The notes: generated by a model from the sequence alone, not told the origin. A stretch of 32,000 nt of DNA from Heliobacterium chlorum (GCF_014502795.1 NZ_JACVHF010000025.1:9593-41592), one strand, 5' to 3'. Positions 1-9,161 are shown, numbered from the stretch's first letter. A program made the numbers and translations.

Positions 1-730
1 AGCACCGGGGGGAGAAGAAGGGATCGCTGAAATGAAGCGTTCGGCTGATCGAGGAGAGGCCTATCAATTAGTTTTACTCGATTGCCGGATGCCCGGCATG
101 GACGGGTTCCAGGTGGCAGAATTGATCCAGGGAGAACCAGGGCTTCAAGGTTCTACGGTCTTGATGGTGACTTCTGATAACCGGCAAGGTGATATTCTAC
201 GGGCTAAACAGCTAGGTTTGGCTGCTTATTTGGTCAAGCCGGTCCGGCGGGCAGCCTTGTACGACACGTTAACTAGAATTATCGGCGTCGATAGCAGAGC
301 CATGGAGCGGGACGCGGGTTCGATAAACTCAGGCGAACCCAAAGGAGAACGGCCCCTGCGCATTTTGCTGGTCGATGATGCCGAAGACAATTGCCTACTT
401 GTGCGCACTTATCTAAAAGATTTGCCCTATCAGATCGATATCGCTGAGAACGGCAGCATCGCCGTGGAAAAATATAAAGAGGGCAACTATGATGTTGTGT
501 TGATGGATATGCTGATGCCTATTATGGATGGGTATATCGCAACGGCGGAAATACGGCGTTGGGAGAAAGAGATGGAACGGAAGGAAATACCGATTATCGC
601 GCTCACGGCCAATGCGATGCAAGAAGACGTCCGGCGCAGTCTTGACGCCGGGTGCAGCGCCCACTTAAGTAAGCCGATTCGGAAAAAAACCTTACTGGAA
701 GCCATCCGGTGGTATACATCACATTCATAA
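1..730 (+). CDS. Tandem receiver (REC) domain protein; 5' end lies outside the window (C-terminal part of a response regulator or hybrid kinase)
   Basis: The frame of the 32..730 ORF stays open back to base 2. The first REC is only partly present (YQLVLLDCRMPGMDG ... YLVKP). The second REC is complete (RILLVDDAEDN ... VVLMDMLMPIMDG ... HLSKP). Confidence 0.8.
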   Translation, partial: APGGEEGIAEMKRSADRGEAYQLVLLDCRMPGMDGFQVAELIQGEPGLQGSTVLMVTSDNRQGDILRAKQLGLAAYLVKPVRRAALYDTLTRIIGVDSRAMERDAGSINSGEPKGERPLRILLVDDAEDNCLLVRTYLKDLPYQIDIAENGSIAVEKYKEGNYDVVLMDMLMPIMDGYIATAEIRRWEKEMERKEIPIIALTANAMQEDVRRSLDAGCSAHLSKPIRKKTLLEAIRWYTSHS

Positions 731-766
731 AGCGGCTGGGCTTGGATGATGAGGAAGGGAAAAAGG

Positions 767-1735
767 ATGCATATCTTAATCGTTGATGATGCCGAAGACG
801 TCCGAATTTATTTGGATGCAATCCTGTCGAAAGCAGGCTATCAAGTAACGAATATCGATTCGCCCCATAAAGCGCTTGACCTCTTGGAAAAGGGCGATGT
901 GGAAGTGGACCTCGTTTTATTAGATGTGATGATGCCCGAGATGGATGGAATTGAGGTTTGTCGGATCATAAAGTCTCAGGAGGGTTCGGCCGATATTCCG
1001 GTTATCATGGTCACAGCGCTAACGAATATGGACGAGTTAGAACGGGCTTTTGCGGCAGGGGCGATGGACTACATCACGAAACCGATCAAAAGGGTGGAAC
1101 TGCTCGCCCGGATTCGTTCCGCTTTGACCCTGAAAGAGGAGATGGATCGCCGGAAGGCGCGGGAAGAAGAATTATTGGAAGTGACCCGCAGTCTGCAGGA
1201 AGTGGTTAAAAAGCTAAAGACCCTGTCTGCCTTGGACGGATTGACCGAACTGGCTAACCGGCGCAGGTTTGACGAATACATTCAAGCAGAATGGAAGCGA
1301 GCCATCCGAAACCAAAGAACTTTTTCTTTGATCATGGCGGACATTGACTTTTTCAAAGCCTATAACGATACCTATGGACACCTTGGCGGTGACGAGTGCT
1401 TAAAAATTATCGCTCGACTGCTGGAGTCCTTTGCTCGCCGGCCGGCCGATCTGGCTTGCCGCTATGGCGGGGAAGAGTTTGCGCTGATTTTACCGGAGAC
1501 GGACTGTGATGGGGCGCTTCTACTGGCAGAGGCCATCCGACTCGCCGTCGAAGAGAAGGCGATCCCCCATCAAGCGTCTTCGATCACCGATAAAGTGACC
1601 GTTAGTATGGGTGTGGTCACGGTAGTTCCGAAACCGGGTGATTCGTTGGAAGCTTTTATAGACAGAACGGATCAGGCCCTCTACGAAGCGAAGCGAACCG
1701 GGAGAAACCGGGTGGAAAGTGTCTGTTTGCTGTGA
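767..1735 (+). CDS. Response-regulator diguanylate cyclase (REC + GGDEF, PleD-like)
   Basis: Receiver motifs HILIVDDAED, LLDVMMPEMDG and ITKP. GGDEF domain with RYGGEEF, plus RPAD (RxxD I-site) five residues upstream. GAGGAAGGG lies about 8 nt before ATG 767; the ORF-track start at 746 is an upstream in-frame ATG. Confidence 0.9.
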   Translation: MHILIVDDAEDVRIYLDAILSKAGYQVTNIDSPHKALDLLEKGDVEVDLVLLDVMMPEMDGIEVCRIIKSQEGSADIPVIMVTALTNMDELERAFAAGAMDYITKPIKRVELLARIRSALTLKEEMDRRKAREEELLEVTRSLQEVVKKLKTLSALDGLTELANRRRFDEYIQAEWKRAIRNQRTFSLIMADIDFFKAYNDTYGHLGGDECLKIIARLLESFARRPADLACRYGGEEFALILPETDCDGALLLAEAIRLAVEEKAIPHQASSITDKVTVSMGVVTVVPKPGDSLEAFIDRTDQALYEAKRTGRNRVESVCLL

Positions 1736-1776
1736 GTTGATTCCATGCAGGTTTGTCTATATGGCGATCGGGAGTG

Positions 1777-1816
1777 AAAATGCCGCTGTAGAAGTTACAG
1801 CGGCATTTTCGTTTTT
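1777..1816 (+). terminator. Rho-independent terminator after the GGDEF gene
   Basis: Perfect 14-bp stem aaaatgccgctgta / tacagcggcatttt with a 5-nt loop, followed by a T-rich tail (cgttttt). Confidence 0.7.
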
Positions 1817-2009
1817 GGTTCTGGATGAAGGCGTACCTGTCGACCAGGGTGTTCTACTTGTATAGCTGGAGAGCCTGTTTTCTAAGCCCCTATTGCTTTT
1901 TTCTTGTCCAGTAGCATGCCTTCTTTTTGCATTTTTCTGTAAGGGTGATAAGATAGGAGGTAGGGATAAGCCAGGAAAAGAGTTTAGGGGCTGACAAGGA
2001 GATAAAACG

Positions 2010-3950
2010 ATGAATACACCATGGGAAATGTTACAATCCTTCCAACCGTTCATCCAGCAAATCTGGCAAAAAGCACACTTTGAACATCCAACCGCAGTCC
2101 AACGGCAGGCGGTCCCCGTGATTTTGGCCGGAAAAGATCTGATCGCCGAGTCACCGACGGGGACTGGAAAAACGCTAGCTTACCTGTTACCTATTCTCAC
2201 GCGGGTAAATTCAGATTCGAAAAATGTCCAGGCAGTCATCGTGGCACCGACACGGGAACTGGTGGCGCAGATTCAGGACGAAGTGAAGCGTTGGACCGAG
2301 GGCAGCACCATCGCATCAGTGGCTCTTATCGGCGGTGCCGACATTCGCCGACAGACGGAAAAGCTCAAAGAGCGGCCCCAGATTATCGTCGGGACACCGA
2401 ATCGCATCGTGGAGCTAATCAAAGGCCGCAAGCTGAAGATGCATGAAGTGAAAACGGTCGTGTTGGATGAGGCCGATCAACTGACCGATATGGGTTTCGC
2501 CGAGGCTGTGCAGGACCTGATCCGTGCGACCCTGCGGGACCGTCAGTTGCTGCTTTTTTCAGCCACTCTTCCCGAACGGGTGACCGAATGGGCAAAATCT
2601 GTGATGGTCGACCCGGAATTCATACGGGTCCGACGGAATCAAGTGCCTACCGGTTCAGTGAATCATCGTTACTATGTCGGTGATCGGCGGGACAAGGCTG
2701 ACTTGCTGCGTCAAATCGTGAAAGAACGTGGAACCAAAGCGCTCGTATTCATGAATAATACCGCCTTTTTAGAGCATATCCTCACACGCCTGCGGGAAAA
2801 AAATGTTCCCGCTGCGGCGTTGCAGGGAGAAGCGACGGCATCGGAGCGGGAACATATCTTAAAGAACTTCCGGGAAGGCCGGCTCACCGTACTTCTCGGC
2901 ACGGATTTGGCCGCTCGGGGATTGGATATTCCCGAAGTTACCCACGTGGTCCATTACGACCTTCCAGAGAGACTGACTTCGTTCATTCACCGTACCGGGC
3001 GGACGGGACGGATGGGTGCCGCCGGACAGGTCATCGCATTGGTCACCCCTTCTGAGGAGGCACGCCTGAAGAAGTTCTACGGAGAAATGGCCGTAAAAGC
3101 GGAGCGAAAAACTGCACCAGCCCGGCAGTTCGCCGATAACGGTAAAGGAAAACCCGCCGGTAAACTTGCGGGAAAGCCCACTGGAAAACTCTCCGAAAAA
3201 ACGGGAGCGGGTTTCACCGAGAATCGGTCAGAACATCCGTATGGTAAGCCCCAAGGGAAGCCAAAGGAAATACCGACAGGTAAATTTCAAGGCAAGCCCT
3301 TTGAAAAGACCGATGGAGAATTCCGAAGCAAGTCTTTTCAGAAGACAGAAGGTAAATTCCCAGGAAAGTCCTTCGAGAGATCTGAGTCGGGTTTTCGAGG
3401 TAAGTCATATGATAAACCTGAGGGCAGGTACCAAGGAAAATCCTTGGATAGGTTCGGGGATAGGAACCAAAGTAAATCATTCGATAAGTCCGAAGGAAGA
3501 AACCAAGGAAAGCCGCACGATAAGTCCGAAGGCCGGTATCCGGAGAAGTCACAGGGTAGAACTGAAAATAGATTTCAGGGCAAGTCCTATGGAAGAGCTG
3601 AAGGTAAATTCCAAGGTACACCATTGAAAAAGTATGACGGTAATTTTCAAGGTAAACCTGATGAAAAAGCGCAGGAACGATCCCAGGGTAAACCGTACGA
3701 AAGGCCACCTGGTAAATTTCAGAGCAAGCCCTATGAAAAAACTCACAGTAGAACACATGGAAACGACTTAGGAAAGCCTGCCGGCAAATTTGCCGGAAAA
3801 CCTTTCGAGAAACCAAAGGGTATAGGGAAAGACAAGCCTTTCGAGACTGCACAGGGAAAACCACTTGGAAAACCGCAGGGAAAACCCGGTGGTAAGCCTG
3901 GGAAACCGATGCGGCCTGGAGGAAAGACCTTTACGCCGAAAAAAGGATAG
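2010..3950 (+). CDS. DEAD-box RNA helicase (YfmL-type core) with a roughly 270-aa Lys/Gly-rich repetitive C-terminal extension
   Basis: Motif I AESPTGTGKT, motif II VLDEAD, motif III SAT, motif VI HRTGRTGR. AAGGAG lies upstream of the ATG. The helicase core ends near aa 370; the rest is a low-complexity GK(P/S)(F/Y)(E/D)K repeat. Confidence 0.9.
   Translation: MNTPWEMLQSFQPFIQQIWQKAHFEHPTAVQRQAVPVILAGKDLIAESPTGTGKTLAYLLPILTRVNSDSKNVQAVIVAPTRELVAQIQDEVKRWTEGSTIASVALIGGADIRRQTEKLKERPQIIVGTPNRIVELIKGRKLKMHEVKTVVLDEADQLTDMGFAEAVQDLIRATLRDRQLLLFSATLPERVTEWAKSVMVDPEFIRVRRNQVPTGSVNHRYYVGDRRDKADLLRQIVKERGTKALVFMNNTAFLEHILTRLREKNVPAAALQGEATASEREHILKNFREGRLTVLLGTDLAARGLDIPEVTHVVHYDLPERLTSFIHRTGRTGRMGAAGQVIALVTPSEEARLKKFYGEMAVKAERKTAPARQFADNGKGKPAGKLAGKPTGKLSEKTGAGFTENRSEHPYGKPQGKPKEIPTGKFQGKPFEKTDGEFRSKSFQKTEGKFPGKSFERSESGFRGKSYDKPEGRYQGKSLDRFGDRNQSKSFDKSEGRNQGKPHDKSEGRYPEKSQGRTENRFQGKSYGRAEGKFQGTPLKKYDGNFQGKPDEKAQERSQGKPYERPPGKFQSKPYEKTHSRTHGNDLGKPAGKFAGKPFEKPKGIGKDKPFETAQGKPLGKPQGKPGGKPGKPMRPGGKTFTPKKG
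3273..3812 (+). repeat. About 15 degenerate tandem copies of a 36-nt (12-aa) unit inside the helicase gene
   Basis: Consecutive 12-aa units: PTGKFQGKPFEK, TDGEFRSKSFQK, TEGKFPGKSFER, SESGFRGKSYDK, PEGRYQGKSLDR ... PAGKFAGKPFEK. They are in frame and contiguous, with no spacers. Confidence 0.8.
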
Positions 3951-4039
3951 CCAGTAATCAATGTGAACATCGACGAACTCACTTTGCTAACCTTTTGCAA
4001 CTAACACGAGAAGTCTTACACCAAGGAGTACCTGAGTCG

Positions 4040-4240
4040 ATGACGAAAGACGGAAAGAGTCGAAAAGACATCTCACCTGGGCTGGAAGTGGAAATCGTTC
4101 TAAAGAAGGATCAATTGACAGGCAAACGAACCCGTGGGGTGGTAAAAGACATCCTGACCAAATCGCCCCAACATCCCCATGGGATCAAAGTTCGTCTTCA
4201 GGACGGCCAAATCGGCCGGGTCCAATCCATCATGGAATAA
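4040..4240 (+). CDS. ywbE: YwbE-family small protein (about 66 aa)
   Basis: GLEVEIVLKKDQLTGKRTRGVVKDILTKSPQHPHGIKVRLQDGQIGRVQSI matches the YwbE family pattern from memory. AAGGAG at 4023-4028 precedes ATG 4040. The track start at 3995 is a TTG with no SD. Confidence 0.75.
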   Translation: MTKDGKSRKDISPGLEVEIVLKKDQLTGKRTRGVVKDILTKSPQHPHGIKVRLQDGQIGRVQSIME

Positions 4241-4548
4241 AATATCAAATCCTACATGGATGTTTTGTCTGGCGGCAGGAATTCTTGGTTCCAAATCTTG
4301 AAGGTGATCAACAACGATTGGTCCAAGTGATAGTGAAGGAAAGATTGGAAGAAGATGACCGGTAAATCCTTGACAATGTTCTGAAGCGGTGATAAGATTC
4401 GGATCACATTCCCGGGGCATTTGTCAGACAGTCTCCGTGGAAGTAAGTGAGCAACAAAAAACGAGTTGGCTGATCAGAAAGCTGAAGGCCAAGTTTACCC
4501 CCTTTGGGGTGGACTTGGTCTTTTTGTTTTTCGTAAGGAAGAGGAGGA
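4241..4548 (+). promoter_or_regulatory. Roughly 300-nt leader upstream of the URO-D family gene that ends in an intrinsic terminator; candidate attenuator or riboswitch of unassigned class
   Basis: The stretch is non-coding and the terminator (4487-4531) sits only 17 nt before the SD and ATG of the downstream gene. Confidence 0.4.
4487..4531 (+). terminator. Intrinsic terminator hairpin just upstream of the URO-D family gene
   Basis: 15-bp stem ggccaagtttacccc / ggggtggacttggtc (three G-U pairs), loop cttt, then tttttgttttt. Confidence 0.7.
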
Positions 4549-5580
4549 ATGGCTGTGACGAAATGGGAGAGGGTAAAAGCTGCCCTACAGGGCGGGGATG
4601 TCGATCGACCGCCAGTGTCTTTATGGATGAATTATCCCCTCGTCGATCAAGATCCGGTTCAACTAGCGAAAGCCCATGTTATCTTTCAAGAAAAATATGA
4701 CTTAGATTTTATCAAGTTGACCCCCTTTGACTTGTACTGCGTTGAGGACTGGGGATGCCAGATTAAGTATTTTTGCACAAAGACACAATCCCCGGTCATA
4801 TACCGGCATGCCATTGAACACATCTCCGACTGGCGGCGACTGAAAGTGTTGCTGCCAACGATCGGAACATTGGGGAAACAACTGATTTTTACTCGCCATG
4901 TCAAAGAGTTAGTAAAACCGGATGTTCCCTTTGTCCAGACCGTATACAGCCCTTTGACGATCGCGAGAAAATTGGCTGGGGAGCGAGTGTTCGAGGATTT
5001 ACGGGAAGACCCGAAAATCCTGCACAAGGCACTGGAAGTGATCACGGAAACTACGATCGAATTTGTCAAGGCGAACCTTGCGGCAGGAGCTTCTGGGGTC
5101 TTTTTTGCTACAGCCTGCGCCAATCATGGCTCTTTGACGCCAGATGAATATGAGGAGTTTTGCCGTCCCTACGATCTAGATGTGCTGCGAGCGGCCAGTG
5201 CCGGATGGTTCAATATACTTCACATCCACGGCAGCCGGATCATGTTTGACGAACTGCTCGACTATCCAGTACACGCTATAAACTGGCATGATTGCCATGA
5301 GTATCCGCCCCTGAAACAGGCCCGAGAGATGACCGATAAGTGCATCATCGGCGGCTTGGATGAGGCTGGACCCATCTCTTACGGGAATCCCTATCAAGTC
5401 ATTCAAGAGGTAGCAACCTTTTTACGGGAGACTGATTTGCGTGGTGTCATGGTTGGTCCGGGATGTGTCACTGTTCCCAACCCTCCGGAAAACAATATAA
5501 CGACAGTTCGGTTAGTTGTCGAGCGTTATGCTGACAAAGCAAACTGGAAGTACCTATCGCAGGATTCAGCTTGCCTGTAG
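4549..5580 (+). CDS. Uroporphyrinogen decarboxylase (URO-D) / MtaA-type methyltransferase family protein
   Basis: 343 aa. The N-terminus (ERVKAALQGGDVDRPPVSLW) and overall pattern resemble URO-D/MT2-type proteins of anaerobic Bacillota. GAGGAGG SD lies before the ATG. The family call is from memory and was not searched. Confidence 0.65.
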   Translation: MAVTKWERVKAALQGGDVDRPPVSLWMNYPLVDQDPVQLAKAHVIFQEKYDLDFIKLTPFDLYCVEDWGCQIKYFCTKTQSPVIYRHAIEHISDWRRLKVLLPTIGTLGKQLIFTRHVKELVKPDVPFVQTVYSPLTIARKLAGERVFEDLREDPKILHKALEVITETTIEFVKANLAAGASGVFFATACANHGSLTPDEYEEFCRPYDLDVLRAASAGWFNILHIHGSRIMFDELLDYPVHAINWHDCHEYPPLKQAREMTDKCIIGGLDEAGPISYGNPYQVIQEVATFLRETDLRGVMVGPGCVTVPNPPENNITTVRLVVERYADKANWKYLSQDSACL

Positions 5581-5737
5581 TCGGCTTGCCTAGAAGATAT
5601 CGCTACACTTTTGGTTGATGAAGGCTGTTGCCAAGATAAAAAAATGTTGAATGAGAACTATTTTCTCTTGAGAAGTGTTATCATTGGTGCTATAATAACA
5701 ATGTGCCCAAGATAATGAAAAACAAGGAGTGCTCAAT

Positions 5738-5857
5738 ATGTTTCAACAATTCTTTTCCGACGAAGTAGCAGAAGCCAAAATTCAGAATGCCCTCCGGCGT
5801 TTTAACCGCTTCCTTGAAGAACAGAATTACACCGCCGTCAAAGTAAATGTGGACTGA
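5738..5857 (+). CDS. Small hypothetical protein (39 aa: MFQQFFSDEVAEAKIQNALRRFNRFLEEQNYTAVKVNVD), below the ORF-track size cutoff
   Basis: AAGGAG at 5724-5729, 8 nt before the ATG. A strong terminator lies about 40 nt after the stop. It competes with the antisense track ORF 5690..5953, which has no such signals. Confidence 0.45.
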   Translation: MFQQFFSDEVAEAKIQNALRRFNRFLEEQNYTAVKVNVD

Positions 5858-5893
5858 TTCTTCCTGTCCCCAATGAACATATAGGGTTAGTTC

Positions 5894-5947
5894 AAAAAGA
5901 CAAGGATTCTCTACCGTTACGGTAAAGAATCCTTGTCTTTTCTTTTT
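5894..5947 (+). terminator. Rho-independent terminator
   Basis: Stem aagacaaggattctctacc / ggtaaagaatccttgtctt (one mismatch), followed by ttctttttt. An A-run upstream means it could act in both directions. Confidence 0.6.
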
Positions 5948-6136
5948 AGCCAAAAGATAGACAATTGTTTACAAAATTTTTTTTGTCACAAGTAAAATAT
6001 TGCGACTAAATTGACGAGTCGTCTCATAAGAATAATATGGAAAAATTTTCTTTTTGTGTTGTTATGGTGGGGGGGTGATGGTATCAAGAACCGTTGTCAT
6101 CGTACCGACGAACGAGAGAAAGAGGCTAAGCCGAAG

Positions 6137-7609
6137 ATGAGACGTCGGGATTTTCTACATATGGCCGCAACTTTTGTCGGTGCGGCAATGGGCGGGAGTT
6201 ACTTTGCGAAAGAATATCTGGTTCCCTTAATGGAAAATGACCTGCCAATGCCCCCGTTGCCGTCAGGAGTAGTCCCGCAACCCGTAATGTTCCCCGCCAA
6301 GACACAGGATGTGAATTGGAATCTCTTAATTTACAACGGAAAAATTGTCGACGGGCTGGGAGTACCTGCTTATGAGGGCGCCATCGCCATTAAGGGCGAT
6401 CGGATTGAAGCGGTGGTAAAGTCAGAAGCAGAAACCCGCCTGGAGAAAGGACTTTATATCAACGGAAACCAGCGCTATCGACTGCCGGAGCAATGCCAGA
6501 TTATTGACGCAGCCGGTGGTTGTATCACACCCGGTTTTGTTGACATCCATACCCATAATGAAGACTATCTAAAGGCCAATCCGCTCGCCGGAGTACGACT
6601 TTTTCAGGGGATTACCTCCCAAATTGGCGGAAATTGTGGCGACTCTATCGACAACATCAAGGATTTTCGCAATGAAATGGGGTCGCTCGGGGTCAACTAC
6701 GGACAGTTCGTGGGCTATTTAAACCTTCGCCGGCAGGTACTAGGCGGGGACGTAGACCGTAAAGCGTCGCCAAAAGAGATCGATCAGATGCGGAATTTGC
6801 TCCTCCGGGGGCTTAGTGAAGGGGCCACAGGGATGTCGGTGGCCCTTGAATATACGCCCCAGTACTCCATGGCCAAAGAGGAGTTAAAACAGTATGCCCA
6901 AGCCTTGAAGAGCAAAAAAGCCCTTTTAGCGGTGCACCTGCGTAGTGAGTCACAATACTTGCTGGAAGCCGTGAACGAGATTCTTGAGGTTGCACAAGCG
7001 ACTGGAGTGTCCCTTCAAATCTCCCACGTGAAAGCCTTGCTGCCGGAGAACTGGTCTAAATTCCCCAAGATGTTGGATAAGATACGTCAAGCGGCTGAAT
7101 CCGGTTTGGACGTCTGGGGGGATATGTATGTCTATGACTATCCCTCCTGGGATTTTGGCAGCACTCAGGTTTTTATCTCTGAGGACAACATCGCTCTTGG
7201 ATTGGCTCACCCACGCATCTTTATTGCCAGTGACGCTGGCCTCTATGAAAACGGGGGAGCTGGACATCCCCGGGCTTATGGGAACTATCCGCGAGTGATC
7301 TCGCGATATGTCCGGCAAAATGGGGTGCTCACACTGGAAAAAGCTGTAGCCAAGATGACCAGCATTCCCGCAACTCGACTCGGATTGAGAGACCGAGGCC
7401 GGCTCACGGCAGGGGCGAAAGCAGACGTGATCGTCTTTGACTACGAGCGCTTCCGGGATCTCGCCCGAAAGGAACATCCGGACCTGCTACCAGAGGGGAT
7501 GAAGCACGTTTTCGTCAATGGAGTGCAGGTGATCGACGGAGGGAAGCAGACAGGCAAAAGGCCTGGCGAGTGGTTGAAGGGGGAAGGGATCGAACATGCT
7601 CTACTGTAA
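6137..7609 (+). CDS. N-acyl-D-amino-acid deacylase (D-aminoacylase) family amidohydrolase with a twin-arginine signal peptide
   Basis: MRRRDFLHMAATFVGAAMGG is a Tat-type signal. GFVDIHTHNE is the metal-binding motif, with C-terminal amidohydrolase-like blocks. ATG 6137 is preceded by AGAGG. The longer track ORF from 6011 starts at TTG and adds an implausible N-terminus. Confidence 0.75.
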   Translation: MRRRDFLHMAATFVGAAMGGSYFAKEYLVPLMENDLPMPPLPSGVVPQPVMFPAKTQDVNWNLLIYNGKIVDGLGVPAYEGAIAIKGDRIEAVVKSEAETRLEKGLYINGNQRYRLPEQCQIIDAAGGCITPGFVDIHTHNEDYLKANPLAGVRLFQGITSQIGGNCGDSIDNIKDFRNEMGSLGVNYGQFVGYLNLRRQVLGGDVDRKASPKEIDQMRNLLLRGLSEGATGMSVALEYTPQYSMAKEELKQYAQALKSKKALLAVHLRSESQYLLEAVNEILEVAQATGVSLQISHVKALLPENWSKFPKMLDKIRQAAESGLDVWGDMYVYDYPSWDFGSTQVFISEDNIALGLAHPRIFIASDAGLYENGGAGHPRAYGNYPRVISRYVRQNGVLTLEKAVAKMTSIPATRLGLRDRGRLTAGAKADVIVFDYERFRDLARKEHPDLLPEGMKHVFVNGVQVIDGGKQTGKRPGEWLKGEGIEHALL

Positions 7610-9083
7610 ACGCTGTGGATGGAAGCCAATGGAAGGCTGGGAGATCATCTGTGGAAAGTGCGGGGCACGCCTGACTGAGGGGGAGCCTTCGGAAGATACA
7701 CCAAAGGCCCTAAAAGAAGATACCCCAAAAAGTGAATCAAATAGCACTGACGATCTAGGAAAGGGGCCGTCAAAAACGAGTGAAGCGACAGAAACGGCAA
7801 AATCAGATACAGTGAAGACCAAGTCGGATACGAAACAGGATGCAGGAAAACCGGATAAGGGGAAGGTAGAGGCTTCTTCCTCCAAGGGGAGTTCTGCCCA
7901 AACGGAGATATCTGCAACCGTAGACGAGCCGATTATTCTGAAAAGCAACGAGAAAGCCGCCGCAAAGGGTACCAAAGGGCCGGCGTCGGAAAAGAAAAAA
8001 GGCGGGAAGTGGAAGATCGTCGTCTCTGTTATCGTGGCGGGAGCTCTCTTCGGCGGTGGCGGAGCTTACTGGTGGATCAACTACAGCAAGCAAGTCTTAG
8101 CCGAATCGGATTATTTCCGGCAGATGCAGCAGGTCCTCGCGGATATAGACGGTGTCAACGGCGGCCTCATTCAGAGTCTGAACGATGTTCCCTTGAAAAA
8201 CGATGGGAAACTGAATGAAGACCAAATAAGTCAATTAGAAAAGAAACTGGATGAGGCGAAAGACAAACATGGCTCTATGCAAGCACCGCAGAAATATATA
8301 GGAGAGCAAGATACGATCAACGAAGTGATCGCCCTCGAGAAAAATCTGATCAGCCAAGTGGAAGAAGCATGGAAGACCTTATTTAAAGCAAAAAACACCT
8401 ATCAGGAACTCCAGCAAAAGGTGGAAGTGCTCAGGGGAATCAGCGATGTGGACATCCATAACAATTTGAATCAGATCGGCAGTCGGATCAGTGGAGTTTT
8501 CGATGTGCAACGGCCGCCGGTGACCTTAAAATCGATCGCTCAACAGGTGGCGGAAGGCGCAAAAAACAGCGAAGGTAAGTCACCAGAGCCGGGTTCATCG
8601 GAGGCAAAACCGGCTGAACCGTCCGGTAATGGGAATAACGCTGCCGGAAACAATGGTGGAAACGCGGCTGCGCTGGATCCAAAGACCTTCTTCGCGTCCA
8701 TGGACTCGCTCGTGGCACAGTACGATACGGCTAAGGCAAATCTGTCGAAGTCGTTCAACGAATTTAACTATGGAAGACTCGACTGGACCGGTCTGTCGAA
8801 TGCAGTTGCGGAGGGGAAAAAAGTGCGTCTAGCTCTCCAAGCACAGATCGAAGCTCTACCGACGCCTCAAGAGTACCAACCCTTAAAATATGAACTCCTC
8901 GGAGCGCTGAACCAGGCGATCCAGTATTGCGATGCAGTACAGGAAGCAGCTAACTTGGCTTTAAAGGGCAGTGACAATGATTCCCGAGCGAAAATGACGG
9001 AAGCGCAACAGTTGAATGGTTGTATCCAAAAGTTTTATAACCAGTTTCTTAAGGACTATAATGCCAAGAAGGCCGGGGGCTAA
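7596..9083 (+). CDS. Zinc-ribbon membrane protein of unknown function
   Basis: N-terminal CKRCG...CGKCG zinc ribbon, a K/S/T/E-rich linker, one TM helix (WKIVVSVIVAGALFGGGGAYWWI) and a roughly 330-aa helical C-terminal domain. It overlaps the upstream stop by 14 nt. Confidence 0.65.
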   Translation: MLYCKRCGWKPMEGWEIICGKCGARLTEGEPSEDTPKALKEDTPKSESNSTDDLGKGPSKTSEATETAKSDTVKTKSDTKQDAGKPDKGKVEASSSKGSSAQTEISATVDEPIILKSNEKAAAKGTKGPASEKKKGGKWKIVVSVIVAGALFGGGGAYWWINYSKQVLAESDYFRQMQQVLADIDGVNGGLIQSLNDVPLKNDGKLNEDQISQLEKKLDEAKDKHGSMQAPQKYIGEQDTINEVIALEKNLISQVEEAWKTLFKAKNTYQELQQKVEVLRGISDVDIHNNLNQIGSRISGVFDVQRPPVTLKSIAQQVAEGAKNSEGKSPEPGSSEAKPAEPSGNGNNAAGNNGGNAAALDPKTFFASMDSLVAQYDTAKANLSKSFNEFNYGRLDWTGLSNAVAEGKKVRLALQAQIEALPTPQEYQPLKYELLGALNQAIQYCDAVQEAANLALKGSDNDSRAKMTEAQQLNGCIQKFYNQFLKDYNAKKAGG

Positions 9084-9161
9084 GTGCGAAGTTAACGAAG
9101 CCTATTGAAGAGCTTAATAACATAAAAATAGTCTGATAACATAGGAAAAGTTCAACACCAT

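Noticed and set aside
3166-4000. Alternate-frame and antisense ORFs across the helicase repeat tail (3166..3627, 3214..3864, 3549..3758, 3743..4000)
   Set aside because: The 36-nt tandem repeat lacks stop codons in several frames, and only the helicase frame is continuous with a real domain. I also considered a CRISPR array and rejected it because the units are contiguous, degenerate, in frame and have no spacers.
4241-4486. Assignment of the URO-D leader to the cobalamin riboswitch class
   Set aside because: Only loose resemblance to a few B12-element segments. I could not find the B12 box or the conserved core pairing, so it is kept as an unclassified leader.
5690-5953. 87-aa minus-strand ORF
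   Set aside because: It overlaps a complete plus-strand SD-ORF-terminator unit and would have to read through the terminator hairpin. It has no SD.
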